Shown piece by piece: positions 1-13,912 of a DNA stretch of 64,000 bases. Below the pieces are notes generated by a model. It was not told the DNA's origin, did no database searches, and saw only the letters and a list, made by a program, of their open reading frames with translations. Position 1 is the stretch's first letter. The number at the start of each line of letters is the position of its first letter. The DNA lies in assembly GCF_006345805.1 (NCBI RefSeq), contig NC_043017.1, positions 434,001 to 498,000 on the forward strand. The letters run 5' to 3'. Made by a program: the position numbers and the translations under genes. This DNA is from Octopus sinensis. Lineage: Eukaryota.

Positions 1-1314
1 GCCACGTGATTCGAGACTCCGGTTACAGTGCTATCAGCCAGTTGTTTGCTACATCGTATCTTGAATATCGAATCGGTTTTAAGAGTGACAGCGTTTACTC
101 TATCGACTGATTTCAACGTAACACTGCTTAGAGTCAACACCAACAACGAGGACTTCGACAGATGTGGCACCAATATCAACAACAACATTAACTATAATAT
201 TGGTTTCAGGTTTCGACACAAGGCCAGTGATTTCGGGTGGAGGGGGTTAACCGATTAAATCGAGCCCCAATGCTAATCTGGTACCTGTTTTATCGAACCC
301 CTAAGAGATGAAAGGTAAAATCGAACCCCGGAGGTATTTGAGCATTAACAATTATATTAACAACGACAACAACAACAACAACATGCGTACCAAAGACTAT
401 TAAAACAACACGAAAGAACAGCGAAAACAACATCAACAATAACAACGATAATAGCGCCGCCGCCGCCGCCGCCACCACCACTACACCACCATCTCCACCA
501 CCACCAACAGCAGTAACAACAGCAACAACATCTTAGCGTCAACACCAACTCGCCACCACTGCCGCCACAGCTATAATCTCCACCACCATTAACTACGACA
601 ACCTCCACCACCACCAACAATGATACTTCCACCATCACCAACAACACCAAAAGCAACAACAGCACACCACCACCAGTACCACCACCACCAGCAGCAGCAG
701 CAACAACGACAACATCACCACTGCCAACACCACTAGGAGCAACATCAGCCAAACCCAAAACAGCTGTAAAGATGTCAGCGTCTTCGTTGCTGGCTTCCAT
801 GACGTCGTTACTAATCACAGACCGGAAGTTGTGTAGTGGGTGCCATGTTGGTTGTACCTAGTACAAAGATGTGACACAGTAGTGAAGAGTGCATTGAGGA
901 AAAGAAGAGAAAGAGCGCAGTAAACACGAAAGTAGAGGTGTACGAACGAGTCAACGAGACGCTGGGTCTATGTGGTCGCTGGATGGGCTAGAAATAGGAG
1001 TTAAATTCTCTCAAACCAAATAACGTCTTAATAAAGAAAAAACGAAAAAAAAAAAGAGAACCGAAGGATTCCTCGGACGATATTTTAAGAAGAGGTAGCC
1101 ACGATTGGAAAGCTTTTGATCAGCATAAGTGTCTGTTGAATTTCGCGGTTGGATGATCTGGGGTCGAAACAAAAACTGTAGTAACATCTGCAACAACAAG
1201 AACAACAACAACAACAGTGAAAGCATTTATCGTCCGTAACATCGACACGTCTGGCGACAACTATAACAATAACCTCCATAACAGCAGCAACAACTGCTGC
1301 TGCTGCTGCTGCTG

Positions 1315-1348
<34 letters not shown>

Positions 1349-1517
1349 ACGACGACTAAAAATAGTAGGACAGTTGTAATAGTATATATAATAGCAACCA
1401 CCACCACCACCACCATCGCCGACACCCCACACCACTAATAACAACAACAAAAGCAGCGACGGCGACAAGAGGATTATCTCAGTAACTGCCATTGCGTCTT
1501 GTTTACCACCAACTCGG

Positions 1518-1710
1518 AAAACCATCACCACCAACACCACCACCATCAAAAACCATCACCACCAACACCACCACCATCAAAAACCATCACCACCAACACC
1601 ACCACCATCAAAAACCATCACCACCAACACCACCACCATCAAAAACCATCACCACCAACACCACCACCATCAAAAACCATCACCACCAACACCACCACCA
1701 TCAAAAACCA
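1518..1710. repeat. 31-bp minisatellite, ~6 perfect copies
   Basis: Unit AAAACCATCACCACCAACACCACCACCATCA; the ORF translations repeat every 31 aa (= 3 units). Confidence 0.95.
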
Positions 1711-2472
1711 ACGCCACCAACACTAGCAACAACAACAACAACAGCAACAATAACGACGAAATCGTTGCCTCGACAACACCAGAATCAAACACGACACCTC
1801 CACCGAAACAATACCACCAACTAACAACATCATCAACTACTACTACTACTACTACTACTACTACAACTACTAACTGCTGCCACCAATACAACTATAACAA
1901 AGACAACACCATAAAAGAGAAAAAAAACTGTTTGGATATCTTACTGGAGTGTCCCCTATTAGTTGACCAATCCTTCCGCCACACCGTTTGATAATATAAC
2001 CATGTACTTAAAGCTTCAAGGCTCTGTAAGTGTTTTCTTTTTGTAGTTAGTTTCTCTGCTTTTCTTTCTTTATGCCTAGATTTTAATGAAACGTGTATAT
2101 TACTGGTACCCATACTTTTGTTATTGCTCTTGGAGCACTTTGGTGGTGATGGTGGAGAGGGATGTGTATGTGTTTGTGTGTGTCTGTGTGTGTATGTGCG
2201 TGTGTGTGTGTGTGTGTGTGTTGGGGGGGTATTGGATCTTCGTCGTTCAACGGTGACGATTTACTTGTTTGATCTACTAGATTACCTGCCCCTGAATTCA
2301 GTTGATTGACAGACGCAGCTGTGACAAGAATCTTTCTTCCCGATCATATGGTTCTGGGTTCTGTCCCACAGCGTAGCACCTTGGGCGGGTGTCTTCTACT
2401 ATAGTCTCAATCCAACCAAAGCCTTGTAAGAGGATTTGGTTAACGGAAACTGAAAGAAGCACGCCGTATATA

Positions 2473-2515
<43 letters not shown>

Positions 2516-4267
2516 TGTTTGAGTGTGTTTGCGTCTGTCTGTCTCCCCTCACCACTTGGCAACCAGTCTTGGTGTTTTTACGTCACTGTAACTTAGTGGT
2601 TCGGCAAAGAGAACGATTGAATAAGTACTATGCTTAAGAAAATGAGCACTAGGGTCGACTCATTCGGCTGAAAAGACCGTAAAAGAAATTCTTCGAGGTG
2701 GTGCCCCAGCGTGGCCGCAGTCTGACTATTGAAATAAGTAGAAGATACGTAACAGTGTGTATAGTATGGCTGTATATTTTAAATGAAAGATTACAATCAC
2801 CTCAGCGGGCTTCTATGCAGTTTCCGTCTGCACTGTCTCATAATATATGGAGTGATCCAAAATGCAACGCAAAGGGGTCGAACCCACAGCATAGACGTTG
2901 CTAAGCAAACCCCTTAAGCATTCGGCCACCATACTGTATAATTCATTGTAGATAAAATGGAATGGCCCCAAAATGCAATGCAGTACTGTCGAACCCGCAA
3001 CATCGACGTTACAAAGCAAACCCCTTAAGCATTCGACCGTATTGCATAATTCACAGTAAATAAAAAAAAATTAAGATTTGTTGGCGCCCATTCTGCCTAA
3101 AGGTATTTTATTTTAAAGAAGGTATTTGCGCATATTTAGCTTTTTTTTTTTTGTTTTTACTTAGTCTGGAGTAAGGACCAGAGCTGATGACTCTTGCAGC
3201 TTCTCTGAGACCCGTGAGTTCGATGTTGTAAATGTTCTGTTTGAAATGTTGTAGCTGAACACCAGCAGGAAAGATATGAGCAAGGAGGAAATTCCAGTGA
3301 GATAAAGTTCAGAGGAAGAGAAATTAGGTATAATGGTTAATGCAGGGAAGAAGTGGGTTCCAGTTTGGTGGAAGTAGGAGACCAGCCAGCTCAAAGGTAC
3401 AGGGGCCATTTTAGTGATGGTAGAAAAAAAAGTCAGAGAGAGGAAACAAGATGACTGTAGACCAGAGTGTGGTATTTGTCTGTTGTGATTGAGGACCACT
3501 CAGTTGAGTGACCCCTCTCTAAGTTCGTTTCAAGATGTGTGTATGCCTAACTGTAGCACTGCCTTACATGTGAAAGCATTACTCCATTGTGGTCCCCACT
3601 TGATCATCGTAGAGTGTTGGCAGCTGTTAGTGGGTGAAATATTTTCTGTACGTAAAGGAAGAGTCAGTCTTTGCTATGCAGTCCTGGCTGTAATAAAAGA
3701 TGTACTTTCGAGGCCCTGGTTTCGAAGCGACTTTCAGAGCACTGGGTGAATACAGGTCATGTTTAGAGTGGGTGTGATGAGGTGGTATTTTTTTCTTTTA
3801 ATAAATGAATAATGCTTGAATATCTTTCGTTGTCGTAAATTTAGTGTTGGTTGGGACTTAAAGTTTTGGAGTTTCTAAAACCAGTGTTTATTAATACTTT
3901 AAAGTAGGGAAAAAAAATATTAAGAACTTTTTGCTTTGAAATGAAGCATTGTTATCAAGATTTTATATAGAAAATATCTCTATTTTTTTAAACTTTAGTA
4001 TATATATACGACAGTCAAACATAAAGGTTGTCCTTATTATCATCGGAGCATTGGGTTCAATACTACCCAACCTGAAAAGAACATTTGGAAACTTTAGAAA
4101 TACCCTACAGTCTAGGTATATTGCAAAAATCGGCACTACGTGGAACTGTATGCGTAAAGTAGTGTCTGTCTGAGGTCCTTATTGTGACTTGACAGACAGT
4201 ACAAACCTCCGGTGGACAATATCTACAATCAACAACATCACGACACTGGATACTGTGCGACGTCTTA

Positions 4268-4299
<32 letters not shown>

Positions 4300-6355
4300 G
4301 GTTCAACATTTTGTGTAGGAGCGTTAGTGGATTACGTTGATCCCCGTTCCCCCCAGCGCTCGTCTGGTACTTATTTTATCAACCCCGAAAGGATGACTGA
4401 CCATAATAATTGTTCCAAAGTTTTACAGAAAGCCAGTAACTTTAAGGGCAGTGGACAGGCGATAGCAACGGTGCCAGTACTTAAAGAGTACCTTAATTCA
4501 TGGACGCTGAAAGGAATAAAGGCAAAGTTGATGTCGGTGAGATTTGAGCTCAGAACACAAAGAGCAGGAAGAAACGCTACAAAGTATTATATCCAACTCA
4601 CTAACAATTCTGCCAGCTAGCAAAAACATGATGAAATCCGCTCATCAGGCATAGGTCCAAGAATCCACGTTGGTTCGGCGCTTTTAAAAGACCAAATATC
4701 TTATCCTTAACGCATGCGTGTGTGTGTGTGTGTGTGTTTGTGTGTGTGTGTGCAACAATTATAAATAACACGAAGACGAGGTAAAAAAATGTGTATTAGG
4801 TTTATGCGCAGGAAAGGTAGAAGGAAAAATCTTTTAGAATTGTCGAAGAGAGAGAAAAAGTGTGGAGAGAAAAGAGCAAACTTGTCTCTATTAGATGGTC
4901 ACAGCATGATGGAATGACTGGAAGTAGGAGGAGGTCGCTTGAGGCGTGAGTGGTTGGGGATCAATTGAGAAAAGTGACTTGGGGCGTGAGTAGCAAGGGA
5001 AACAACAGTCCACCTAGCATGTCTGCGACCACATGCGAGCATGTGTACGAAGCTAATGTGCATAATTTGTGTTTGTGAATGTGTACACGTGTGTATGCGA
5101 GTGCGCTCGTGGTGTCCCTGTTTTGTGCTTGTTTCTGTCCAGGTTTTCTGCTTATGTTTGCATTATGAAGTTATCTGACATTTGTGCATGTGTGTATGTG
5201 TGTGTGTGTGCGTATGCACGCGCGTGTGTGCGTATGCATGCGTGAGTATATATGTGAAGTTGTCATGTGCGTGCGCGTATGTCTGTACACATGTGGTGTC
5301 CTTGTTTTCTGTTTATGTACGTGTGTGTGTGTGCATATACACTACGTGTGTGTACATGAAACTACTGTGCGCATAGATATTGTGTGTCTGTGCCTGTTTA
5401 TGTTTGTGTGTGTGCGAGTGTGTGTGTCCTTGTTTAATGTTTTGTCTATGCGCGTGTGCATCAAGCTATAGTGTGTGCCTGTACTGTGTGTGTTTGTGCG
5501 TGTGTAAATATGTGTATGTGTGTGCGCCCGTGTGCGGTTTTCTGCTTGTTCGTGTGTATATGTGTGTGTAGGAGAATGCTATGCGTGTCATACTGAATAG
5601 AGTTGTTTGATAGAATAAATGTGACAAAATTGTGGGTGTAGAGAAGTGTAGGCGAGTTATTAGGTTCCTGCTACAATAAGTGTGAAGATGGTTAGCACAG
5701 GGGCCCATAATGGAAGTGTATTTACTAGTGTGTATGTGGAGTAGTGAGAAGGCGTGTGGGTGGGTGCATGTATACGTTGTTTGAACGTGTTGGTGTGTGT
5801 GGTGATGGGTAATGAATTCAAAGTGTTGTGTAGGCGTGTGTGGATGGTAGAAGTTGAAGAGACTATAGGAAAGTAAGAGGTGAGTAGTGGATGTAAGTGT
5901 GTAAAGAAAGGGCTTAAATGAAAAGGGGTGGAGAATTGAAACCGTTCGGGACTGAAGTATGGAGAAAGAAGATTAATTGCTCAATGTATGTGTGTGTATA
6001 TACAAACATACACGCACACGCACGCACGCACACATACACATACAGAATTATGTATACAGAGAGAGAGAAAGAGAGAGAGCGAGAGGCGGAGGAGAGTGAT
6101 ATAAGGTTCTTAGTTCAATTCTTCAACAGAGTTGAGTTCAATAATTGTTCCAGCTCATTCCTCTGAAAATGAGTACCACCCTAGTTCTGGGGTGACTCTT
6201 TTTCTATTTCCAGCCACCACATCCTCAATGTCCTGTTGGCCACCAAGGGTGGAATAACTAAGACGAAGGCTTAGTTATTCCACGCAACTACAACTATTAC
6301 CTGAGGCACGCTGCGTACTGTCAGGCCATACTCGCATGAGAGTGTCGGCTAGTAT

Positions 6356-6410
<55 letters not shown>

Positions 6411-6452
6411 CTCTCCCTCCCCTCTCTCTACATATATGTAAATGTGTATATA

Positions 6453-7310
6453 CAGTGTTCTGTGAATAGACTGTCGTCTAAATTACGCAAAAATGAAACT
6501 AACAAACATCTCCTTTTAATAGATATATTTACCAAAATTACATAAAAATATTTTGACACACTAAAGAGTAAATTTATTCAATAAAATTGCCATTGGTTTC
6601 AACCACAGCCCCCAGACGACTTCGGAATCTCCTGTAATACTTCTGGACGGTCTCTTTGCTTAAGGAGGTGAACGCTGACATAATCCTTGCTTTCAGTTCA
6701 TCTTTGGTGTTCCAAGGAGTTTTGTTGGTCTGTCGCTCAACTGCGCAACACACATAATAATCAAAAGGGGTTAGGTGGCCAGATGTTAGGGGTGATGTGG
6801 TCGCAGAAATTGTCTGACAGCTATCACTGTATTCTCCTGCTCGTCTGGTATAGTGCATAATCTTATTGCCAGACACAGGGTCTTTCAGCAACCACCCTTT
6901 TGACCCGGGGTAACATTACCTCCTCCAGGCACTTAATGTAGTCCTCCGTGTTGAGTCTGAGGCCGTGTGGGAAGATGAATGGAGGCATAACGTCGTCTTC
7001 ACTAGTGATAACTCCAAACACCATGATATTGATTGGTTGTTTGATTTTCATCACCCTCAGTAAATGTCCACAGATCGACACCCAAACACTCTGAAATGTT
7101 CGTATTGGAGCTTCCGGCGCGAATGCCAAGCAGTACAGCATGTCGTTTCGAAATTTCTGGCTGAGTGAATTGCGTCATGGTGCTGTTTTTCTCACAGACG
7201 GTGCCCAACTGATCCTACTTTGCTGTGTAGTCAACAAAATCAAAAACAAGCAATGCGCATGTGCGAAATTAAAAAATAAAATGGTGACAGTTTACCTATT
7301 GTAACATGTG
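6453..7310 (-). mobile_element. Internally deleted, decayed Tc1/mariner-superfamily transposon (maT/DD37D-like)
   Basis: Minus-strand transposase pieces: N-terminal MTQFTQPEISKRHAVLLGIRAG fused directly to MVFGVITSEDDVMPPFIFPHGLRLNTEDYIKCLEEV, then FDYYVCCAVERQTNK...FRSRLGAVVETNGNFIE. Degenerate TA-flanked ends. Confidence 0.8.
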
Positions 7311-8265
7311 TATATATATAAGTATATATGAATGATTTATATATAAATATATATATATATACACATACGTACACACATACGTCCACGCACACACGCACAC
7401 ATGCGTACGCTCTCACACGCATTTATAGTAATGTATATCTATGTGCGTGTATGTGTGTGTGTGTGTATGTGTGTGAAGCATTATCTAATCCTGTCTTTAT
7501 CTAAGTAGCCACAAGGATTATCGATCAACAACAGATTAAACAACAGATTAACAACTTAACTACACGCCAACAGTAAATAATTCCCCCTGGCCTAGAACGA
7601 CATATATGTATGTATGTATGTGTGTATGTATGAATGTATGTGTGTATGTATGTATGAATGTATGTATGTATGAATGTATGTATGTATGTATGTATGTATG
7701 TATAATATATATACATATAATATATATTTGTAAATATATATATGTGTGTGTGTGTGAGTGTGTGTGTGTGTTATCTGATGTCTCTTACATGGATATGAAT
7801 GTCACAATTAGAAGCTAGCTAATTACTAAGAGGCACTATAAGCGGGATCAGGGCTAATTGCTGTAGCTGCGATTAATGCCAGGGGAACTGTTCTTGCCAA
7901 CTGCAACTCTTGGCTGAGTCTCTTACCACGTTTTCTATCGTTTCTTTTGACAGTGGCGTAGATAGGGTGTGTGTGCGTCCTCTCTGAGCAGGCCCCGGGT
8001 TTACAGCCTCCGGTCCCATATACAGGCTTCTACAGCCGAACTAAAAGAGTCTTTTTTTATATTTTCTCTTTTGTTTTTAGGTTTAGTCATTATATTGCGG
8101 CCATGCCGGAGCACCGCGTTGGGGAATTTTAATCGAAAGAATCGGTTCCAGTACTTTAAAATTTTTTTTTTAAAGCCTAGTACTAATTTTATTTGGGCTC
8201 TTTGCTAAACCGCTATGTTGCGAGGACGTAAACACATCAGTACCGGTTGACAAACGCAGACACAA

Positions 8266-8326
<61 letters not shown>

Positions 8327-8343
8327 TATACACACAGAGAGGC

Positions 8344-8374
<31 letters not shown>

Positions 8375-8440
8375 TGTATGTATGTATGCATATATGTATG
8401 TATGTATATGTATATATATATATATATGTATATATATATG

Positions 8441-8471
<31 letters not shown>

Positions 8472-8482
8472 TATATATATAT

Positions 8483-8625
8483 GTTGACTGAAGATTGAAG
8501 GCTTCGAATGTCCCGTCCGTGTTTTTTGTATCGTCTTCTAAATGTTTTACGTTCTTGTCGGAGTTTGTATTTTTCTACATATAATATATATAGCGGCGTC
8601 CGTACCCTCATTGGCCTTATGTATA

Positions 8626-8687
<62 letters not shown>

Positions 8688-8779
8688 ATGTATGTATGTA
8701 TGTATGTATGTTATGTATGTATGTATGTATGTATGCATATATGTATGTATGTATATGTATATATATATATATATATGTA

Positions 8780-8817
<38 letters not shown>

Positions 8818-8964
8818 TATATATATATGTTGACTGAAGATTGAAGGCTTCGAATGTCCCGTCCGTGTTTTTTGTATCGTCTTCTAAATGTTTTACGTTC
8901 TTGTCGGAGTTTGTATTTTTCTACATATAATATATATAGCGGCGTCCGTACCCTCATTGGCCTT
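8483..8964. repeat. Tandem duplication, 346-bp period
   Basis: Identical ~136-bp unique block at 8483-8618 and 8829-8964, separated by (TA)n/(TATG)n. Confidence 0.95.
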
Positions 8965-9013
8965 ATGTATATATATGTATATATATAATATATATATATA
9001 TATATAATATATA

Positions 9014-9049
<36 letters not shown>

Positions 9050-9062
9050 TGTATGTATGTAT

Positions 9063-9093
<31 letters not shown>

Positions 9094-9285
9094 GTTGGCC
9101 TACTCGCTTAGCCAACGAGGTGGTGTCATGTGAAGGCTAAAACAATGCGAAGTGCATTGTGACCAGTGATGTGTAGCAACATCTGATAGCTTGGTCGGTC
9201 ACGAGATCACGTGATATATATATATGTATATATATATATATGGATATAGATATATATACGGGTGTGTGTGATTGTGTATAGAAGA

Positions 9286-9705
9286 ATATATTAATAAAAG
9301 GAATTCCAACCTTGTCTGATTTTCACGTTTTATTTACAATCTTATGATATAAGATAATGTAATATAATAAAATAAAATAAAATAGTAGAATGTTAAATGT
9401 TCATTCTGATTGAATTAGTACTTTCATGCATTAAATTATGCAATCTTCAGGTTCATTTAGTAGTGGTGACAGTCATGCTTTACAATTTTTGACAGTTAAA
9501 AATTGTGAAGCATGACTGGCGCCACAACTTCATGAACCTGAAGATTGCATAATTTAATGCATGAAAGTACTAATTCAATCAGAATGAACATTTAACATTC
9601 TATTATTTTATTTTATTTTATTATATTACATTATCTTATATCATTATAAGATTGTAAATAAAACGTGAAAATCAGACAAGGTTGGAATTCCTTTTATTAA
9701 TATAT
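9286..9705. repeat. ~420-bp near-perfect palindrome (fold-back) with a hammerhead-like core in each arm
   Basis: Arms 9286-9490 and 9498-9705 are reverse complements with about 7 mismatches and one 3-nt indel; 7-nt loop at 9491-9497. Confidence 0.95.
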
Positions 9706-9826
9706 ATGTATATATATGTATATATATATATGTATATGTTTATATATATATGTGTATATATATATGTGTATATATATATGTGTATGTATATATATATATG
9801 TGTGTGTGTGTGTATGTATATATAAT

Positions 9827-9859
<33 letters not shown>

Positions 9860-10159
9860 GTATGCATATATATATGTGTATGTATATATGTATATATATA
9901 TATGTATATACGTATATATATATATGTATATATGTGTATATGTGTTATATATATATATATGTATATATATATATGTATATATATATATGTATATATATAT
10001 ATATTATATATATATATGTATATGTATATATATGTGTGTATATATGTGTTTATATATATATATGTATATATATATGTGTATATATATGTATATATATATG
10101 TGTATATATATGTATATATATACATATGTATGTATATATATATGTACATATATATATAT

Positions 10160-10225
<66 letters not shown>
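9706..10225. repeat. Long (TA)n/(TATG) tract
   Basis: Read directly. A similar tract lies at 45480-46140; many shorter (TA)n, (TATG)n, (TG)n, (AG)n, (TTA)n and (TATC)n tracts occur throughout. Confidence 0.98.
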
Positions 10226-10227
<2 letters not shown>

Positions 10228-11163
10228 GTATAAGTTAGAGATGTTTAAAGCCTCTAAGGTATAGATGTATCCAAAGGCACTTCTGTTAATTACCTCAGTG
10301 GGTATATTCCTTGGGTATATGCCTTGGTAAAAGCTATGCAGCAGCTGATAATTTAGAAGGTAACCGTAGTTTAATTTATATTGGTGAGAGGAAAATGGGG
10401 GACAAACAACTTGTCCTCCATTTTCTTGGAAAGCTCCGATTCTATTATGTCGGCTACAACTTAATTATACTAACTGGCAATACCAGTTTTTGGCGGTTGC
10501 ACCGAGTTGTGCCGATATAATGTAGGATAAATATAGTAATAATAATAACAATAATCCTTGGATCGAATTTGTAAATATTCTTTTCTAATCTAAGCATAAG
10601 GCCCGAAATTTTGGGGGAAGGGGCCAATCGATTAGATCGACTCCAGTACGCAGCTGGTACTTAATTTATCGATCCCGAAAGGATGAAAGGCAAAGTCGAC
10701 GCCGGCGGAATTTGAACTCAGATCATAAAGACAGATGAAAAACCGCTAAGCCTTTCGCCCGGTGTGCTAACGTTTCTGCCAGCTCGCCGCCATAATTTAT
10801 CAATATCCTAATGCATCGCTACGCGCGTTTCTTCAAATCACATGTTTCTTACCATGATAATCCGCATTCATGGGATGATTACCGTATAGTCCGAAGTATC
10901 CATGACATCGGTGGATCATATTCATGCATTCATTTCTTCGGGCGGCAGAATGAAGAAAGGAAAGCGTGATAATATTATCTTTTTACTTGCTTCAGTCATT
11001 AGACTACGGCCATGCAGGGGCACCTTCTTGAAGAATTATAGTCGAATGAATCGACCCTACTACTTATGTTTTTTAAGCCTGGTACTAATTATATCGGTGT
11101 TTCATGCCGAACCGCTATGTTATATATACGTGTATTTATACATATATCATTCCACTGCTGCTG

Positions 11164-11217
<54 letters not shown>

Positions 11218-12527
11218 TTGCTACTGCTGCTGCTGCTGCTGCTACAACTGCAGCTACTACAATAACAACGTCAAAATGAAAATACAAAATTTTCCACCGC
11301 CACCAACAACATAAGTTTTTTTCAACACCAGCAAAACAAGCAATAACAACAACTAACAAAATTAGCGACGATCACAATTACAGCGCCTGCGGCCATACCA
11401 CCACCACCACCACCACCACCACACCACCACCACCACCACCACCACCACACCACCACCACCACTACCGCTACCGCCACAGCCGCTGCCATTGCCGCTGCCC
11501 TTGCCGCTGCCATTGCCGCTGCCGTTGCCGCTGCCGTCGCCGCTGCTGCCGCCGCCGCTGCTGCCGCCACCGCCACTGCCCCTGCCGCCGCCGCCTGCAC
11601 CACCACCACCACCACCACCACCACCAAACAGCAACTGCAAGAACAACTAAAATAACACCGGCAAGACCAACGTGTCCATCAGTCAGTCAAACATAACCAA
11701 GAAAAAAAAAACAAAAACAAAATATCAAGAATGGTAATGGTGCAACAGCTCTACCACCTAAAAGCAGCACCACCACCACCAACACCATAAAAGAAGCTCC
11801 ATCACCAGCAGCATCACCTGCAACACCACCACCACCACCACCACCACCACCACTAACAACACCAACACCATCACCACCGCCAACACCAGAAAGACCAACG
11901 TATTCATCAGTCAGTCAAACGTGACCATTAAATAAACCAGGGTGTTCACCTGAAAATAGCCAAAATAAACAAAGTGTTTGACGTAACAAATCAACGCTGT
12001 GACAATCAGTGTCTAAATTTGGTTGTTCTTTAAGACAGAATGTAATTAATTGAAGCAAGTTGGATAAACAGGGTTATTTTACTTTGTGATGGTTTGATCG
12101 GTTTTCCTGGTTGTAGTTGTAGAGGATTACATATTGTTGCTGTGTGTGTGTGTGTGTGTGTCTGCATATAGTGGGTGACGGTGGATGGAGTGGGAGAGGT
12201 AGGAAGTTTGGTTGTTGGATGACTAGCGGTTGGTGGTGAAGGAAAAGGAAAGATGAAGAAAGAAATTACAATAGTAGAAGTGGCAAGGCGGAGAGAGACG
12301 AGGGAAGGCAATAAGACGAGGAATAAGAAGAAAGGGGAGGAGAAAGAGGAGTAAAAGAAAGAAAAAAGGGAAGCAGATGAATGGAGAGATAGAAAAAGAA
12401 GAGGGAGAAGCGGAGGCGGGGGAAAAGAAGGAAAAAAAGGAGGAAAAGAAGAAGAGGAGGAGAAGGAAGAGGGAGAACAAAGTGGGTGATGATGATCAGA
12501 CGAAGAAAGATGAGAAGAGGAGGAGGA

Positions 12528-12575
<48 letters not shown>

Positions 12576-13759
12576 GATAACAAGACCATTGAAGGATAAA
12601 AGTAAAGATAGAAAAGTGGAATGAGTGCGAAGAAGGTAACGACAAAAGGAGGAGAAGGAGAAAGCGGGGGGGGGGGGTAATGATGGCAGAATCTTTAAAA
12701 GTTGTAGATCGATCAAGAAGTAATCATAAAAGCAAACACAATCTGTCATGTTCTTATTTATGTTGGACGCTGGGGGTTGAAGTTGGAGCGGTCATTGCAT
12801 TTTGCTTCTTGCTTTTAAACAATAAATAAATAGATTGTGATCGTGTCCAGTTGGTTGAATGACATATTGCGCTTTAACGGAAGAAACGTAGCCAAACGAA
12901 AAACTGAACTTAAGCTTCAGTTCCCGCAACTTCTGGTTAATCTATAGTGTAGGGATTGCTCTCAATTCCGGGCAAAGCTATAAAGAAGAAATTGCTTGCT
13001 GTGACAGGCTAAACTATAGATAAGAGATTGCTCGCAATTTCAGACAAAGCGTTTTAGCGAAGAGAATGGACCTGTTTTCAGAGAAATCAGTAACGAGGGC
13101 ATAATTTCCGAATAAACCAGAGTGAAGAGATTGCATATTTTATTTGTTTTATTTGAATGGGCAACTTGGGACATTAGATTTCTCTTGAACGCTCGGCATC
13201 AAACAAAAAAGAAAAAAAAAAAAGAAAAAGAAAATAAAAGAAAGAAAAGGAATCAGCTGTTATCTAAACTTACATAATATAATATTTGTCGAAGTTGACT
13301 CCCAGTTACTTTTTTGGACTTATGTTTGATAAAACGTGTTAAATCGAAGAAGTTGAGTTCGTCTTCACACAAGCAAGAATCAAAAACGGGTTCAGATCAA
13401 TGCTGGCACGCGGCTTTTCTTCTGTTCCTTTTTTTCATGTGAAAATGTTTTAATTAAGAAAGAAATAATTGCTAAATGATTCACCTCCTCCTCCCGCCAC
13501 ACACAGACACACACACATGTGTACACAAACACATCTAGTTTCTTTAAATTGTATTGCATTCTCGTAACGCGAGTTTCACCCCACAGTGATTGTCAGGCAA
13601 GAATAACAATCTATATATATATTATATAACATGTACTGAATACATATTCCTTCAATTAGCGATAAAATGTAACGTATTAATATCCAACCCTCACATACAT
13701 ACATACATACTGAAAAACAATTCATGTGCTGTATGATGTGTTGGCATAATTATCGTCGC

Positions 13760-13816
13760 TTGTTTATCGCCAGTCTTATTTTTGATTCATTATTTCAAAT
13801 GCTTGGAGCAAACTTG
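13760..13816 (+). other. Candidate non-coding 5' exon end of the GAS2-family gene
   Basis: Consensus donor TTG|GTAAGT at 13817 in non-repetitive sequence. Coding exon 1 has a proper acceptor, so an upstream exon is expected. Start coordinate is a guess. Confidence 0.25.
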
Positions 13817-13825
13817 GTAAGTTCA

Positions 13826-13912
13826 TTCTTCTTCTTCTTCTTCTTCTTCTTCTTCTTCTTCTTCTTCTTCTTCTTCTTCTTCTTCTTCTTCTTCTTCTTC
13901 TTCTTCTTCTTC
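13826..13912. repeat. (TTC)29 perfect trinucleotide tract
   Basis: 87 nt uninterrupted, read directly. Confidence 0.98.

Noticed and set aside
1518-1710. CRISPR-like array from the 31-bp repeat
   Set aside because: No spacers, no cas genes, eukaryotic context.
2857-3050. 111-bp two-copy tandem repeat as a novel element
   Set aside because: Its reverse complement resembles decayed SINE-A heads (GGGTTCGACCC...GACGGAAACTG...GAAGCCC); explained by known local repeats.
3150-3800. Possible LINE 5'/ORF fragment
   Set aside because: Looks repeat-derived but no recognisable RT or endonuclease motif; cannot be supported without a search.
12030-12749. 239-aa Leu/Ser/Phe/Pro-rich ORF on the minus strand
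   Set aside because: Product of a purine-rich (GAA/GGA/TAA) low-complexity tract.
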